A DNA stretch of 64,000 nucleotides, taken from contig WAOS01000018.1 of assembly GCA_015521185.1 (NCBI GenBank), positions 2,007 to 66,006 on the forward strand. The letters run 5' to 3'. How positions within the stretch are numbered: the first letter of the stretch is position 1; every line of letters starts with the position of its first letter. The notes beneath the pieces were generated by a model. That model did not search any database, had not been told where the DNA came from, and saw only the letters and a list, made by a program, of their open reading frames with translations. Made by a program: the position numbers and the translations under genes. The stretch is from Desulfurococcales archaeon (GTDB taxonomy: Archaea > Thermoproteota > Thermoprotei_A > Sulfolobales > Acidilobaceae). This document shows, piece after piece, positions 44,829 to 54,737 of the stretch.

Positions 44829-45595
44829 CCCTCCCGCTTGGGAACGATGAGAGTCCCCACATTTTCTGGGTCCTCGCCTCTTACAAGAATCTTCTCTAGG
44901 CCCTCTATCCCGGTTATGACGACTCTTACTCCTCCCGCGGCTGCTCGCATAGCCTCAGCAACCTTGGCTTTTATCCCTCCGGTAAAGTCCGATTGGGAGC
45001 CTCCGCCTACGACACTAAAATCCTGTAGACTCCTAACAACTCTGAGAGGGCGCCCTTCTGGCGAGAGCACGTGCTCCTCTCGCATAGCATAGACGAGACA
45101 GGATCCGGGGCCTATCTCGAGCGATAAGTCGCTAGCAAGCTTGTCGCCACTGACTATTGTAACGCCGTCCCTGGTGGGAAGGGCGTCTCCATATGTTACC
45201 GGCACTAGGCCGAGGGTTAGATCTCGCTTTAGCGCCTCGTAGTTGCACGTGCCCTGGTAACAGTAGGTATGGGGCGGGTGCATGCTCGCGGGCACCCCCC
45301 TCTCTAGAAGCTTCTCTACGACGACTATGGAGAGGTCAATCATTGCTTTCTGAATGCGGGCGGCGTCAGCGGGTTCGAGCCTACGCTTCGCTCTAAGTAT
45401 CGCTCCGACCTCGTGGTGGCCGAAGCTTCCGCCTCCGTGGACAACAGCGATACTGGCCCCACGCACCCTTGCATAAGCCACTATGTCGGCAGCTTTGACG
45501 AGAGTTTTCTCGTCGATCGTCCTAGGCATGCTCTTGACCGTTATGAGACTGCCCCCGAGCTTGACCACATACGCCCGGCAGCCGGCGCGCGACAA
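44825..45595 (-). CDS. ipk: Isopentenyl phosphate kinase
   Basis: Amino-acid-kinase fold with IPK signatures VVKLGGSLIT, VHGGGSFGHH and DFTGGIKAKV. Confidence 0.88.
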   Translation of the reverse strand: MSRAGCRAYVVKLGGSLITVKSMPRTIDEKTLVKAADIVAYARVRGASIAVVHGGGSFGHHEVGAILRAKRRLEPADAARIQKAMIDLSIVVVEKLLERGVPASMHPPHTYCYQGTCNYEALKRDLTLGLVPVTYGDALPTRDGVTIVSGDKLASDLSLEIGPGSCLVYAMREEHVLSPEGRPLRVVRSLQDFSVVGGGSQSDFTGGIKAKVAEAMRAAAGGVRVVITGIEGLEKILVRGEDPENVGTLIVPKREG

Positions 45596-45598
45596 ATG

Positions 45599-46378
45599 CT
45601 ACACCTCTAAGTATAACTCGTGGAACTGCCTGGGTAGCCCGGGGCTCGGGAAGAGAGCGCTTCTATATGCCCAGAAATACTCTGCGAGGCTCTTCTGCAG
45701 TTCTAGTAGGGGGAACAGGCCTGCCCTGTGTAGCATGCCGTCGGCATCCCTTATCCTAACAGAGGCTTCCAGCACGAGTATTCCGACAGTATGTATTAGA
45801 CTGCCGTAGAGGTCTGGGCCCAGATCCTTCTCGTTATGCATCTGCGGGTCGAGGTCGAGCGTTTTACCCATGCTCACGCGAGCCCTCACCTTGGGGACAA
45901 GCTGGAAGCATTCGTCAATGTTTCTGAACACAGTGGCTCCCCCCTTAAGCGAGTTGAACCTTAACGCTGACACTACGCCTTGCCAGCTCGGCTCCCCTAT
46001 ATCGTCAAGCATTGAAGAGTACTCTATGATCTCGCAGGTGCTCGCAGCCTCGCCATGATGAGCCGCCACTGCCTCGAATATCGCGGATGTAAGGCCAGCG
46101 TAAACGGAGGCGCGCGTGAGGACCCCCTCCCACGCTCTCCCGGAGGCCTGGACACACAGGTTGAGGCCCAACTCCTTGAGTAGCCTGCCCACGAACTCCC
46201 TAACTATCTTCTCCGTACCGAGAGCATCCTCAACTATAACGCGTGGAGAAGGACAATCCTCGACCTCCACGCGAGCTATGAAACGGCCCGTCTCTATAGC
46301 GATAAATCCGTTCTCACTTTTCTCCAGGGGGAGCCCGAAGAGGATTACACCGCCTGCTAGGCTTCTCTCGTGGATCAC
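45599..46378 (-). CDS. Degenerate, short GHMP-kinase-like protein in the position usually held by mevalonate kinase
   Basis: 259 aa. GGVILFGLPLEK versus the MVK motif 1 PGKvILfGEHaVV. VYAGLTSAIFEAV versus motif 2 GlGSSAA. No GAGGGG motif 3. About 50-60 aa shorter than typical archaeal MVKs. Confidence 0.4.
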   Translation of the reverse strand: MIHERSLAGGVILFGLPLEKSENGFIAIETGRFIARVEVEDCPSPRVIVEDALGTEKIVREFVGRLLKELGLNLCVQASGRAWEGVLTRASVYAGLTSAIFEAVAAHHGEAASTCEIIEYSSMLDDIGEPSWQGVVSALRFNSLKGGATVFRNIDECFQLVPKVRARVSMGKTLDLDPQMHNEKDLGPDLYGSLIHTVGILVLEASVRIRDADGMLHRAGLFPLLELQKSLAEYFWAYRSALFPSPGLPRQFHELYLEV

Positions 46379-46407
46379 GCTCTCGCACCTATTAGAAGTA
46401 TTGTGGG

Positions 46408-47274
46408 TTAGGCTCGGGGGAACATTATGCTTGCATAGCCGACGACCCAGCTCTTCTCTCCGGTTACGTCTCCCGAGGTTGCATGCTTGAGCAGCCTAGG
46501 CCTCGGAGCTCCGAGCATCTTTGCCATGACTATTAGTGTTGCAGCAGATATGGGACCGCACATCGTGATATTCTTCTCCTCTATGAGACGGAACAGTTTC
46601 TCCTCGTCCAGCTCAAGAATAGCATTGATAGCCTCCATATCCTTCTCAACAGTGATATCATGCGGCTCGTAATGGTTGAAGTCCGTGCTACCAATAACAA
46701 CAATATCGCGGCCAGTCTTCTCCGCGGCCCTCAGAATCGCGCCCGCGATATCGCGAGCAACTCTGGGAGACTGGTAGTACACGCTGATTGCGGCGATCCG
46801 GAAGTCTACATCCCTCAGTATGTACTGCAGGAAGGGAACCTGGACTTCTAGGGAGTGCTCATAGTAGTGCGCGTCGTTGTCAAAAGCGAGGTAAGCACTC
46901 TCCTCGACGAGCGCCTGGGAGAACTCGTTGTCAACAGCGACCTCTCCCAGCGGGGTTCTCCAAGCCTTACCCCGGTACACGGCGGCTGGGTGGCCGACCC
47001 CGTTATGGTTAGGCCCGATGATAACGACTGTCTCCGGAGGCTTCTCCTTAGACAGCATGTAATACGCGTGCGCCGCAACCGGACCGCTGTATATGTAGCC
47101 CGCGTGAGGCACTACGTAGCCTATTGATAGCCTCTCAGTGCCGTGACCCTCCGGCAGCCTCCCCGGCCCTAGGGGGTGGAGGAAGGCCCACTCGATTACC
47201 TTGACCAGCTCCTCCGGGTCAGCCGGATAGAAGGTCCCCGCGTGGGCAGGCGGCCTTATAGGTAGGTCTAGCAT
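46408..47274 (-). CDS. MEMO1 / AmmeMemoRadiSam system protein B family
   Basis: PPAHAGTFYPADPEEL and VVPHAGYIYSGPVAAHAY are the family hallmarks. Confidence 0.85.
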   Translation of the reverse strand: MLDLPIRPPAHAGTFYPADPEELVKVIEWAFLHPLGPGRLPEGHGTERLSIGYVVPHAGYIYSGPVAAHAYYMLSKEKPPETVVIIGPNHNGVGHPAAVYRGKAWRTPLGEVAVDNEFSQALVEESAYLAFDNDAHYYEHSLEVQVPFLQYILRDVDFRIAAISVYYQSPRVARDIAGAILRAAEKTGRDIVVIGSTDFNHYEPHDITVEKDMEAINAILELDEEKLFRLIEEKNITMCGPISAATLIVMAKMLGAPRPRLLKHATSGDVTGEKSWVVGYASIMFPRA

Positions 47275-47340
47275 AATTCCTCCCCGATTGTTGTTAAGGA
47301 GGTGGTGCGGGGATATACTATTTCGGCCGGAAAATGGGGG

Positions 47341-47970
47341 CTACCTGCGCCTCCCGTATATCTTGCTCGCCATGAAGGCAGTATAGTCGACGTCGAGCTC
47401 GTCCGTAGGACCAAGCCTGCCCTGAGCCCTGAGAATCTCCCGCGTCAGTATCCAGTAGAGGAGGGCTAGGCTTCTCCTGCCCCTGTTATTAGCGGGTATT
47501 ATGAGGTCGAGATTCTCTATCCTGTTGTCGGTGTCGGCAAACGCTACTACGGGGACACCAACCTTCGAGGCCTCTATAACGGCCTGCTTATCGCTCCTGG
47601 GATCAGTTACTAGGACGACGTCAGGCTCCATGTAGTAGTCTAGGTGGGGATTGGTGAATATGCCCGGTATGACCCTGCCAGTTATAGCCTTGCACCCGAC
47701 CCTCTCACACATCATCTTAACCGGCTTCTGGCCGTAGAGCCTCACAGATACAACAGCGATCTTCTCGGGCGCGAACCTGCTAAGGAAGTTTGCCGCTATC
47801 CTTAGCCTCTCATCAATCTTAGCTACATCAAGGAGGTAGAACCCGTCGGGGAGGATCTTGTAGACGAACCTCTTCATATACTTCGTACAGATCTGGGTGC
47901 CAAACATTACCCCGGCCTTCCTATAGACCTCCGCCGGCACTAGCATATTCGCTGGCGCTTCCTGGCTCAC
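47341..47970 (-). CDS. rps2: 30S ribosomal protein uS2
   Basis: Typical archaeal uS2 sequence ([18 protein letters not shown]..., [10 protein letters not shown]). Confidence 0.95.
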   Translation of the reverse strand: MSQEAPANMLVPAEVYRKAGVMFGTQICTKYMKRFVYKILPDGFYLLDVAKIDERLRIAANFLSRFAPEKIAVVSVRLYGQKPVKMMCERVGCKAITGRVIPGIFTNPHLDYYMEPDVVLVTDPRSDKQAVIEASKVGVPVVAFADTDNRIENLDLIIPANNRGRRSLALLYWILTREILRAQGRLGPTDELDVDYTAFMASKIYGRRR

Positions 47971-48200
47971 TGCACACCACCTTCGACCCTGAGCCTCCTG
48001 GCCCTTAGGGTATGATATAACGATACCTCTTCAATATACGTAACCGCGGTAAAGAGCATCCTACGGCAGCAGTACCTCTTCACTCCGAGATCGTCCAACA
48101 CCTTAGACGGCGGCTCTCCCTGGGCTACCCTCCTCTTGAACTCCTCCCAGAGGTGCCCTAGGGGGGCGCCGCAGGTGAAGCATCTTACCGGGGGAAGCAT
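47967..48200 (-). CDS. rpoN: DNA-directed RNA polymerase subunit N (Rpo10)
   Basis: Contains [21 protein letters not shown]...[11 protein letters not shown]. Confidence 0.95.
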   Translation of the reverse strand: MLPPVRCFTCGAPLGHLWEEFKRRVAQGEPPSKVLDDLGVKRYCCRRMLFTAVTYIEEVSLYHTLRARRLRVEGGVQ

Positions 48201-48206
48201 GGCACG

Positions 48207-48653
48207 TCACCTGTACGACTTCTGCCAGCGCCTCCTAGCGCTCCTCCTCATATACTTCTCCGGCTCCGTGCGCCTCGGGTCTCCCGCGGTCATAGTCCTA
48301 TCGTACTCGTCGAATATCTCGCGGAGAGCCTTACTGAGCTCATTGCTCCTGACACACTCCTCGTCCTCACTCTCCTCACACCTGAAATACTCTATTAGAC
48401 CCCTCGCTATAGCCATGCGCACGGCATCCGCCTGCCCCATAAAACCGCCGCCATTTACTCGGACATCTATGTCTACCTGGCTCCTTATGCCCCTACCCGC
48501 TAGGAGCAACGGCTCCATCATCTTCCAGCGGGCCATCTCGACAGGCCATATCTCTATGGGCACATTGTTTACCTTCACCCGCCCGTTGCCGGGGCGCACG
48601 ATCGCTATGGCGATCGCCCTCTTCCGCTTCCCGCTAGCTATTACTATCCTCAC
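48207..48653 (-). CDS. rps9: 30S ribosomal protein uS9
   Basis: Contains GGGFMGQADAVRMAIARGL and the C-terminal ...RRWQKSYR. Confidence 0.95.
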   Translation of the reverse strand: MRIVIASGKRKRAIAIAIVRPGNGRVKVNNVPIEIWPVEMARWKMMEPLLLAGRGIRSQVDIDVRVNGGGFMGQADAVRMAIARGLIEYFRCEESEDEECVRSNELSKALREIFDEYDRTMTAGDPRRTEPEKYMRRSARRRWQKSYR

Positions 48654-49111
48654 CCGCTAGCACCCCTCCAGCCAAGCTCCAGCGCGATCCTCCCCAGCTC
48701 CACGTAGTCCCTAGCCAGCCTAGATGCGTCCGCCTCCTTAAAGCTTACCTTCTCAATATTCTTGAACTCCTCGGGCACCCCTATGAAGGCCTTAAGCCTC
48801 TTGTACGCGTTCTTACCCCTCTTGTTATGCTTCGGGAGCATGCCCCAAACGGCCTTCTTGAAGAGTCTTATAGGGCTCCTCGGCCTCTTAGGACGCCACT
48901 TGTGCTTGTGGTGGCTCCTCACAGGGAGAATTGTCCTCTTGTACCACTTGATTACCTCGCTCGGCTTGCCGGATACAACTATTTTTTCGACGTTAACGAC
49001 AACTATCTCCAGGTCCTCGTCCTCGAGAAGCTTCTTCGCAACGATAGAGGCGAGCCTCCCGAGTATCTGGTTTGACCCGTCAACCACTAACAGCTTCTTC
49101 TCCTTGCTCAC
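48650..49111 (-). CDS. rpl13: 50S ribosomal protein uL13
   Basis: Contains VVDGSNQILGRLASIVAKKLL and MLPKHNKRGKNAYKRLK. Confidence 0.95.
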   Translation of the reverse strand: MSKEKKLLVVDGSNQILGRLASIVAKKLLEDEDLEIVVVNVEKIVVSGKPSEVIKWYKRTILPVRSHHKHKWRPKRPRSPIRLFKKAVWGMLPKHNKRGKNAYKRLKAFIGVPEEFKNIEKVSFKEADASRLARDYVELGRIALELGWRGASG

Positions 49112-49124
49112 CGGCGCGCACCCC

Positions 49125-49487
49125 CTAGATTATTATCCGGGTGTTCTCACCCTTCGGGTTCCTCCGCAGAGCCTCCGCCAGGGTTATCGCCTCACCCCCG
49201 GCCGCTTTAATCTTCTTGATAGCCTGCTCGGAGAACGCGTAAGCTGCCACGACCACTTTCTTCTCGAGGCTTCCCGCGCCTAGCACCTTACCGGGGACCA
49301 GTACCATCTCTCCCTCCCGGGCGTACCTGTTTATCTTCGAGAGGTTGACCTCCGCCCTGCTCCTCGTGGGCTTCGATAGGAGTTCGGCCACCCTAATCCA
49401 GACCCCCGCGTTATTCTGCTTACCGGCTCTCCTTAGCTCATCGATTAGCTTTCTCGCGACGATGCTTGTCGGGCCAGTCCTCGCCAT
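49125..49487 (-). CDS. rpl18e: 50S ribosomal protein L18e (eL18)
   Basis: Contains [21 protein letters not shown]...[10 protein letters not shown]...VPGKVLGAG. Confidence 0.93.
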   Translation of the reverse strand: MARTGPTSIVARKLIDELRRAGKQNNAGVWIRVAELLSKPTRSRAEVNLSKINRYAREGEMVLVPGKVLGAGSLEKKVVVAAYAFSEQAIKKIKAAGGEAITLAEALRRNPKGENTRIII

Positions 49488-49494
49488 GGCCTCC

Positions 49495-50346
49495 TCACCA
49501 CTCCGACCTCTTTACCTCCTCGAGCACCCGCCTAACCCGGGATTCTATCGCATTTATAGCCTCTACGATTATTCTCTCAGGCCTAAGGGCCCCCGTGCTT
49601 TCCACTGTGAGTATGAGCCTAGACTCGTCGTACTTCAGTTTTACAGCCCCCTCGCACACTCCCTTCGCTTCCTCGCAGTACTTTAGGGCGCTTGTCTTGA
49701 TCTCCGGGTCTCTCAGCTCCATGGTCCCCTTCTCACCGTTTCTCAGCTTCTCCACTAACTGCGGGTACGCTGCCAAACACTCGAGGCACGACTCGCTAGC
49801 CTTCTCCCCGTCGTACTCCACAACAGGCAGGTAGCGTAGCACTGAGACCGAAGCAGGCATCCACTTGGCGTGCTCCCTCCCCCTACCGAGCCTGGCGTAG
49901 GCTACTAGGTGAATGTTCTGGCCCGGAGCAAGGTATACTATCGGGGTCTCAGGGTAAACGGGCTTTACTAGGGGGTCGCTAATGAATAGGTCCGAGGCCC
50001 TCACGTATACTCCCTGCTCCGCATCCTCGGGCACGCTCTTCTCAAGGAATATTTCCACATAGCACGAGCTATCCTTCTCGTCCGCCCCCTTACACTCTTC
50101 CGGGCTCCTATACTTGGCTAGCGCTTCATCGCTCTTCAGCACTAGGAGTCCCAGCCTGTGCGCTACTATTTCTGAGGGCACGGCCGTGCGGTTATCGTAG
50201 AAGTAGGCAAAGTCAACGGCCATACTCGGCACGTCGCTTAGCACTGCCCTCCTAATAGCGTTCACAAGACTACGCCTGTAACCCTCGAAGTACACGGATA
50301 TAGTGTTCCCGGATAGACGAAGTATCTCGATCTTTCTCTCGGCCAA
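49495..50346 (-). CDS. rpoD: DNA-directed RNA polymerase subunit D (Rpo3)
   Basis: [18 protein letters not shown] and AHRLGLL, in the conserved position between S11 and L18e. Confidence 0.93.
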   Translation of the reverse strand: MAERKIEILRLSGNTISVYFEGYRRSLVNAIRRAVLSDVPSMAVDFAYFYDNRTAVPSEIVAHRLGLLVLKSDEALAKYRSPEECKGADEKDSSCYVEIFLEKSVPEDAEQGVYVRASDLFISDPLVKPVYPETPIVYLAPGQNIHLVAYARLGRGREHAKWMPASVSVLRYLPVVEYDGEKASESCLECLAAYPQLVEKLRNGEKGTMELRDPEIKTSALKYCEEAKGVCEGAVKLKYDESRLILTVESTGALRPERIIVEAINAIESRVRRVLEEVKRSEW

Positions 50347-50428
50347 GCTCCTAGCACCTCATAAGCTCCCGGCGATAACCGAGGAAATTAAGGGTAACCG
50401 GCCCGGGGATAAGGTGGAGGCTAGAAGG

Positions 50429-50830
50429 CTAGACTCTCCTACCCCTCCTACCGCCGGGCCTCCTGGTAGTGTCGTGGGGTATCGGTGTGACGTCCTCGAT
50501 ACGGCCTATAATGAAGCCCGCCCTAGCTAGCGCCCTAATAGCTGCCTGGGCTCCGGGACCCGGAGTCTTAGGACCGTGCCCTCCAGGAGCCCTCACCTTT
50601 ATGTGAATAGCCACTATCCCCCTAGCCATAGCCTGCTGGGCAGCTCTGCTAGCTGCTATCATCGCAGCATACGGCGATGGCTTCTCTCTGTCGGCACGCA
50701 CCACCATTCCGCCGCTTACCCTGGCAACCGTCTCGGCCCCGGTCAGATCCGTGATGTGGACTATCGTGTTGTTGAAGCTGCTATAGATGTGGGCTACCCC
50801 CCACTTGAGATCTCTACCGCCGAACGCCAT
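50429..50830 (-). CDS. rps11: 30S ribosomal protein uS11
   Basis: Contains [19 protein letters not shown] and [16 protein letters not shown]. Confidence 0.95.
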   Translation of the reverse strand: MAFGGRDLKWGVAHIYSSFNNTIVHITDLTGAETVARVSGGMVVRADREKPSPYAAMIAASRAAQQAMARGIVAIHIKVRAPGGHGPKTPGPGAQAAIRALARAGFIIGRIEDVTPIPHDTTRRPGGRRGRRV

Positions 50831-50853
50831 ACTAGCTCACCCCAGCCGCATCG

Positions 50854-51354
50854 CTACGCGGACTCGCGCTCCTTAAATGGGCTACCCGGAGCGTAGTCTA
50901 CAAGCTCTTCCTCGTCCCTCGTGACGAGATACCCGGGACTCGTCACGCGGCGGCCTCCGATGGCGATATGCCCATGCACGATCAGCTGGCGCGCCTGGTA
51001 GATTGTTTTTGCTAGACCCTTCTTGTGCACGATTGTCTGCAGCCTCCTCTCTAGGATGTGCTCGGCGGTTATGCCGAGAATGTCGTCCAGGATCGCGTTC
51101 TTATCGACAAGACCCAGCTGGTACAGCCTCTCGAGCAGAACCCTCTGAGCCTCCTCCCTCTCGTCCTCCGGGAGCGCCAGGAGATTCCTGGCCCTATGCC
51201 TGAACTTTCGAGCCAGCGTCTCGGCTTTCCAAAGCTCTTTCTTGTTCCTCAAACCGTACTTACCGACTAACTGGTTCTCGCGTAGGAGTCGCTCCTTGAT
51301 CCAGGGATGCTTCGGGCCTTCCCACTTCTTCCTCGGCTTCCTAGGATCCCCCAT
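50854..51354 (-). CDS. rps4: 30S ribosomal protein uS4
   Basis: Contains [17 protein letters not shown] and the S4 domain [28 protein letters not shown]. Confidence 0.95.
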   Translation of the reverse strand: MGDPRKPRKKWEGPKHPWIKERLLRENQLVGKYGLRNKKELWKAETLARKFRHRARNLLALPEDEREEAQRVLLERLYQLGLVDKNAILDDILGITAEHILERRLQTIVHKKGLAKTIYQARQLIVHGHIAIGGRRVTSPGYLVTRDEEELVDYAPGSPFKERESA

Positions 51355-51367
51355 CTCCTAGTCACCC

Positions 51368-51823
51368 CTACTTCCTCTTCTTCTTGACTCCTACAGTCAT
51401 GCCCAGCCTACCAGTGGTCTTAGTCCTCTGACCTCTAACCTTAAGGCCTAGCCTGTGCCTTACCCCTCTCCAGCTACCAATCCTGATCTCGCGCTCTATG
51501 TCTCTCCTAGCGTGGAAGAGCAGGTCCGAAGTGATGAGGTGCTTGTCCAGGCCGGTCTCGTAGTCCTTCCTCCTATTGTAGAGCCAGCTGGGGAACCCCA
51601 GCTTGGTTATGTCCTTCACTATCTCGTCTAGCCTGTTGATCTCCGAGTCAGTTAGGAAGCCGGTCCGCATGAAGGGGTCGAGACCTATAGTGCGTAGGAT
51701 TGCGATAGCTGTCGTGTAACCTATCCCCTTTATCTCGCTCAGCCCGTAAACGAGCGGGAGCTTCCCATCTATATCCGTACCGGCGATCCTAACGATGTAC
51801 CTGAACTCTCTCGCCTCTGCCAT
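51368..51823 (-). CDS. rps13: 30S ribosomal protein uS13
   Basis: Contains FRYIVRIAGTDIDG...GIGYTTA...SWRGVRHRLGLKVRGQRTKT. Confidence 0.95.
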   Translation of the reverse strand: MAEAREFRYIVRIAGTDIDGKLPLVYGLSEIKGIGYTTAIAILRTIGLDPFMRTGFLTDSEINRLDEIVKDITKLGFPSWLYNRRKDYETGLDKHLITSDLLFHARRDIEREIRIGSWRGVRHRLGLKVRGQRTKTTGRLGMTVGVKKKRK

Positions 51824-51899
51824 TCCAGTTCACACCCAGTATCCAGACTAGCCCCTTCCACTTGCGGTGAAGGAAGTAGGGGATAAAAGAGTATCCTGG

Positions 51900-52283
51900 C
51901 TAGACTCCGGCCTTAGCACGTAGCTCCTTGACCTTCTCAATTATCTCCTTGACCAGAGCCTCTGCCTCTCCAGGGTCGATTATTGCCGCGCTAGCGGCTG
52001 CCACCTCTATACCTGCGGCCTCGCCAAGCCTCTTCTTGCTCGGCACGTAGACGTAGGGTATCTTCTTCTCGTCGCATAGAACCGGGAGGTGGGCCACTAT
52101 CTCCGGCGGGTCCACATCCTCGGCGATCACCACTAGCTTGGCGATCCCTCTCTCACACGCCTTAGTGGTCTCGTTGGTGCCCTTCTTGATCTTGCCGGTC
52201 TCGCGAGCCTTAGCCACAGCCTCGTAGACCTTCTCCGCGAGCTCCTCCGGGACCTCGAACCTCACATAAAACGGCTTACTCAT
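51900..52283 (-). CDS. rpl7ae: 50S ribosomal protein L7Ae (K-turn binding protein)
   Basis: Contains [50 protein letters not shown]. Confidence 0.95.
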   Translation of the reverse strand: MSKPFYVRFEVPEELAEKVYEAVAKARETGKIKKGTNETTKACERGIAKLVVIAEDVDPPEIVAHLPVLCDEKKIPYVYVPSKKRLGEAAGIEVAAASAAIIDPGEAEALVKEIIEKVKELRAKAGV

Positions 52284-52345
52284 AGCTCATCCTCCTCCCC
52301 ACACGGGTCGATCGCTCAGTCACACATTGCATGCATCACGTGCAC

Positions 52346-52355
52346 TATTTAAATA
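52346..52355. promoter_or_regulatory. Perfectly palindromic TATA element TATTTAAATA shared by divergent rpl7ae and ppa
   Basis: This is the strongest consensus-like TATA element in the 52284-52383 spacer; a weaker TATA-like GTTATATG lies at 52364-52371. Its reverse complement is identical to itself. It is flanked by the palindromes TGCATGCA (52328-52335), CACGTG (52337-52342) and GTGCAC (52340-52345). Confidence 0.55.
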
Positions 52356-52383
52356 TGCATACCCGTTATATGGTGGTACGCGG

Positions 52384-52929
52384 GTGGACGTAGTGGGTTG
52401 TCTCGATAAGGTTGGCCCGGGCGAGAAAGCGCCCGAGATAGTTAACGCTGTCATCGAGATACCGATGGGTAGCAGCGTGAAATATGAGTTCGATAAAGAG
52501 GCATGTATGGTTAGAGTGGACAGGTTCCTCTACACTAGCATGTTCTACCCGTTCAACTATGGCTTCGTGCCGGGCACTCTCGAGGAGGACGGGGATCCCG
52601 TGGATATCCTCGTTATCAGCCGTGAGCCCGTTGTGCCGGGCAGCATAATCGAGGCAGTGCCCGTGGCTGTCCTTGTAACCGAGGACGAGGAGGGCTTGGA
52701 TCGCAAGATTGTTGCTGTACCTAAGCCGAAGCTCGATCCCCTGTATAAGGATATCGATGACTTGGAGAAGATCCCCGAGCTAATCAAGAATAGGATAAAA
52801 CACTTCTTCGAGCACTACAAGGAGCTAGAGCCAGGAAAATGGGTTAAGGTTGTAGGGTGGGAGCCAAAGTCTAAGGCGCACGAGATCATAAAGAGCGCTA
52901 TGGAGCGGTATAGGGAGGGCACTGCCTAG
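52384..52929 (+). CDS. ppa: Inorganic pyrophosphatase (family I)
   Basis: Contains [43 protein letters not shown] and DRKIVAV. The track ORF begins at 52327, upstream of the TATA box, so I place the start at GTG 52384 (or 52393). Confidence 0.9.
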   Translation: MDVVGCLDKVGPGEKAPEIVNAVIEIPMGSSVKYEFDKEACMVRVDRFLYTSMFYPFNYGFVPGTLEEDGDPVDILVISREPVVPGSIIEAVPVAVLVTEDEEGLDRKIVAVPKPKLDPLYKDIDDLEKIPELIKNRIKHFFEHYKELEPGKWVKVVGWEPKSKAHEIIKSAMERYREGTA

Positions 52930-52930
52930 A

Positions 52931-53614
52931 ATGCTCGTTGTCCGCTGGCAGGCAGCTCTGGTGCTGGCCCTGATAGTGGGCCTCACTTTATTTTCCGGCC
53001 AAGTCTCGGCGGTCTCAAGCGATAGGGTTGTCACAGCGTACTACGCTGTCCAGAGAGTAACCGTTTCGGGGCCCGTAGGGGTAGGGAGCACTATTACTGG
53101 GTACTCGAGGCCTTCTCTCGTAGGTTTCAAATATGCTATAGAGGGTGATAGGCTAGTCTTACTAAGTAGTTCCGCTAGGAAAGATGCAATATCATTCATC
53201 ATTAATGAGTTCAGCAATGGTCGTGGGAGAGACCTCGGCCCCTACGGGCAGCCCCAGGTAATAATTTCGACCTCGCCTAGCGACTCAGCAGTGTGCACAC
53301 CCGAGATCTTGGCATACACTGTTGAGCAGGGGAATCTCTATGCCGAAGGGCTAGTTTGCAACGGTCTCGTGATCAAGGTTATAATCAATACTAGGAGTGG
53401 CACGTACCTGGCGAGGCTACTAGCCATTGAAGGGGTCAGCGCCTCCAGCCTTCCAGGGGCGGAGAAATTCCCCTCTATATATGCGAAAGTGCTCCTCATC
53501 GCCCTATCGATACTCATAGTAGCGGAAGCGGTTCGACAGGTCCGCGCATTCAGGGCCGAGAAACTTCTAGCAGAGCACGAGTCTTCCTCGGCGGAGTACG
53601 ACCTTCTAGCTTAG
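52931..53614 (+). CDS. Hypothetical secreted/anchored protein
   Basis: N-terminal signal-like helix AALVLALIVGLTLFSGQVSA and a C-terminal hydrophobic anchor VLLIALSILIVAEAV. Confidence 0.5.
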   Translation: MLVVRWQAALVLALIVGLTLFSGQVSAVSSDRVVTAYYAVQRVTVSGPVGVGSTITGYSRPSLVGFKYAIEGDRLVLLSSSARKDAISFIINEFSNGRGRDLGPYGQPQVIISTSPSDSAVCTPEILAYTVEQGNLYAEGLVCNGLVIKVIINTRSGTYLARLLAIEGVSASSLPGAEKFPSIYAKVLLIALSILIVAEAVRQVRAFRAEKLLAEHESSSAEYDLLA

Positions 53615-53677
53615 CCGGAGAAATTAAGTTTTAGCCCCGCCGAGTTACGCGGGCTCCGATTTTAATGACCTAGGGCG

Positions 53678-54694
53678 ATGCTTCTATCTGCGGGAACCGC
53701 CTTGCATGCAAGAGTTGGCGCCAGGGGAGAGATACTGCTCGGCAGGAACGTTGTTGCCGACGGCTACGCTCCCAGGCCTGTTAGGGTCGTTACCCATGCC
53801 CATCACGATCATTTGAGGGGGCTCCGCCGCAGCATTAGGCATAGCTTGTTCATCGTTGCCACACCGACCACACTGCGCTTCCTAGAGGTCCTAGGTTATC
53901 ACGTGCCGCCGGGCAAGGCGGTTCCCCTAGGATATGATAGGGCCGTAATGATTGAGGACGAGGTTGTTAGGCTTCTCCCCGCGAGGCACATTGCTGGGAG
54001 TGCGCAGGTCCTCGTAGACTCTAGAGAGTATAGGGTAGGGTATACTGGAGACTTTAAGATGCCTGGGACACTGCCGATGGCCGATCTAGATATTCTCGTT
54101 CTAGACGCTACATACGGGGACCCAGGCCGCCAGAGGAGGTGGAGCGACTGGCAGGCCCTGGCTGCCCTCGTCGGCTTAATAGAGCGCTACGCGAAGCGCG
54201 GTCCGGTGTGGATCTACGGCTATAACGGTAAGCTCCAGGAGGTAATGGTCGAGCTCCGAAAGTCGGGCGTCACCCTCCCCTTCTATGCTGACGCGCGGAC
54301 CGTGCGCCTAGCCCACATAGCCGCAGAGTTCTACGGGGTCGAGCTGCGTCACGTCAACGTTATGGATGGCGGGGCCCCTGATGAGTCCGCCGTAATATTC
54401 CAGCATGCGAGGCTCAAGAGTAGGCTCGGTAGAATGCCTGGGACCCACGTACTCCTTACAGGCTGGGAGATGAGGGATGTAATTGTCCGGACCGGACCGT
54501 CTAGCTTTAACGTCTCTTACAGCGATCACGCTACGCTGAGGGAGATTATCGAGTACTTATCGGAGTCTAAGCCTAGGCTTGTGGTCATTGATAATTATAG
54601 AGGTAAGGACGCGATATTAACTGCGAGATACATCGAGAAGAGACTGGGAATACGAGCTCTTGCAATGCCTGCGGGGTCGCCCAGCCTTGGATAA
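53678..54694 (+). CDS. Metallo-beta-lactamase fold, beta-CASP-like nuclease (small form)
   Basis: Contains HxHxDH as THAHHDH, downstream His (PARHIAGS) and Asp (YTGDF), LDATYGDP (beta-CASP motif A-like), and SYSDHAT (motif B-like). Confidence 0.55.
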   Translation: MLLSAGTALHARVGARGEILLGRNVVADGYAPRPVRVVTHAHHDHLRGLRRSIRHSLFIVATPTTLRFLEVLGYHVPPGKAVPLGYDRAVMIEDEVVRLLPARHIAGSAQVLVDSREYRVGYTGDFKMPGTLPMADLDILVLDATYGDPGRQRRWSDWQALAALVGLIERYAKRGPVWIYGYNGKLQEVMVELRKSGVTLPFYADARTVRLAHIAAEFYGVELRHVNVMDGGAPDESAVIFQHARLKSRLGRMPGTHVLLTGWEMRDVIVRTGPSSFNVSYSDHATLREIIEYLSESKPRLVVIDNYRGKDAILTARYIEKRLGIRALAMPAGSPSLG

Positions 54695-54737
54695 TGGGGT
54701 AGCACAATCTAACGATAGGCTAGAGCGCATCCTCAGC

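Noticed and set aside
52316-52339. Box C-like GUGAUGC (52333-52339) and box D-like CUGA (52316-52319), 13 nt apart on the rpl7ae sense strand. This suggested an autoregulatory K-turn in the L7Ae leader.
   Set aside because: The G.A/A.G/U.U/G-C pairs could form, but the flanking sequences (…GUGCA / GCGAU…) cannot form the canonical C-helix. With the palindromic TATA at 52346-52355, the C-like box would lie upstream of the expected TSS. I kept it only as an idea to test with TSS data.
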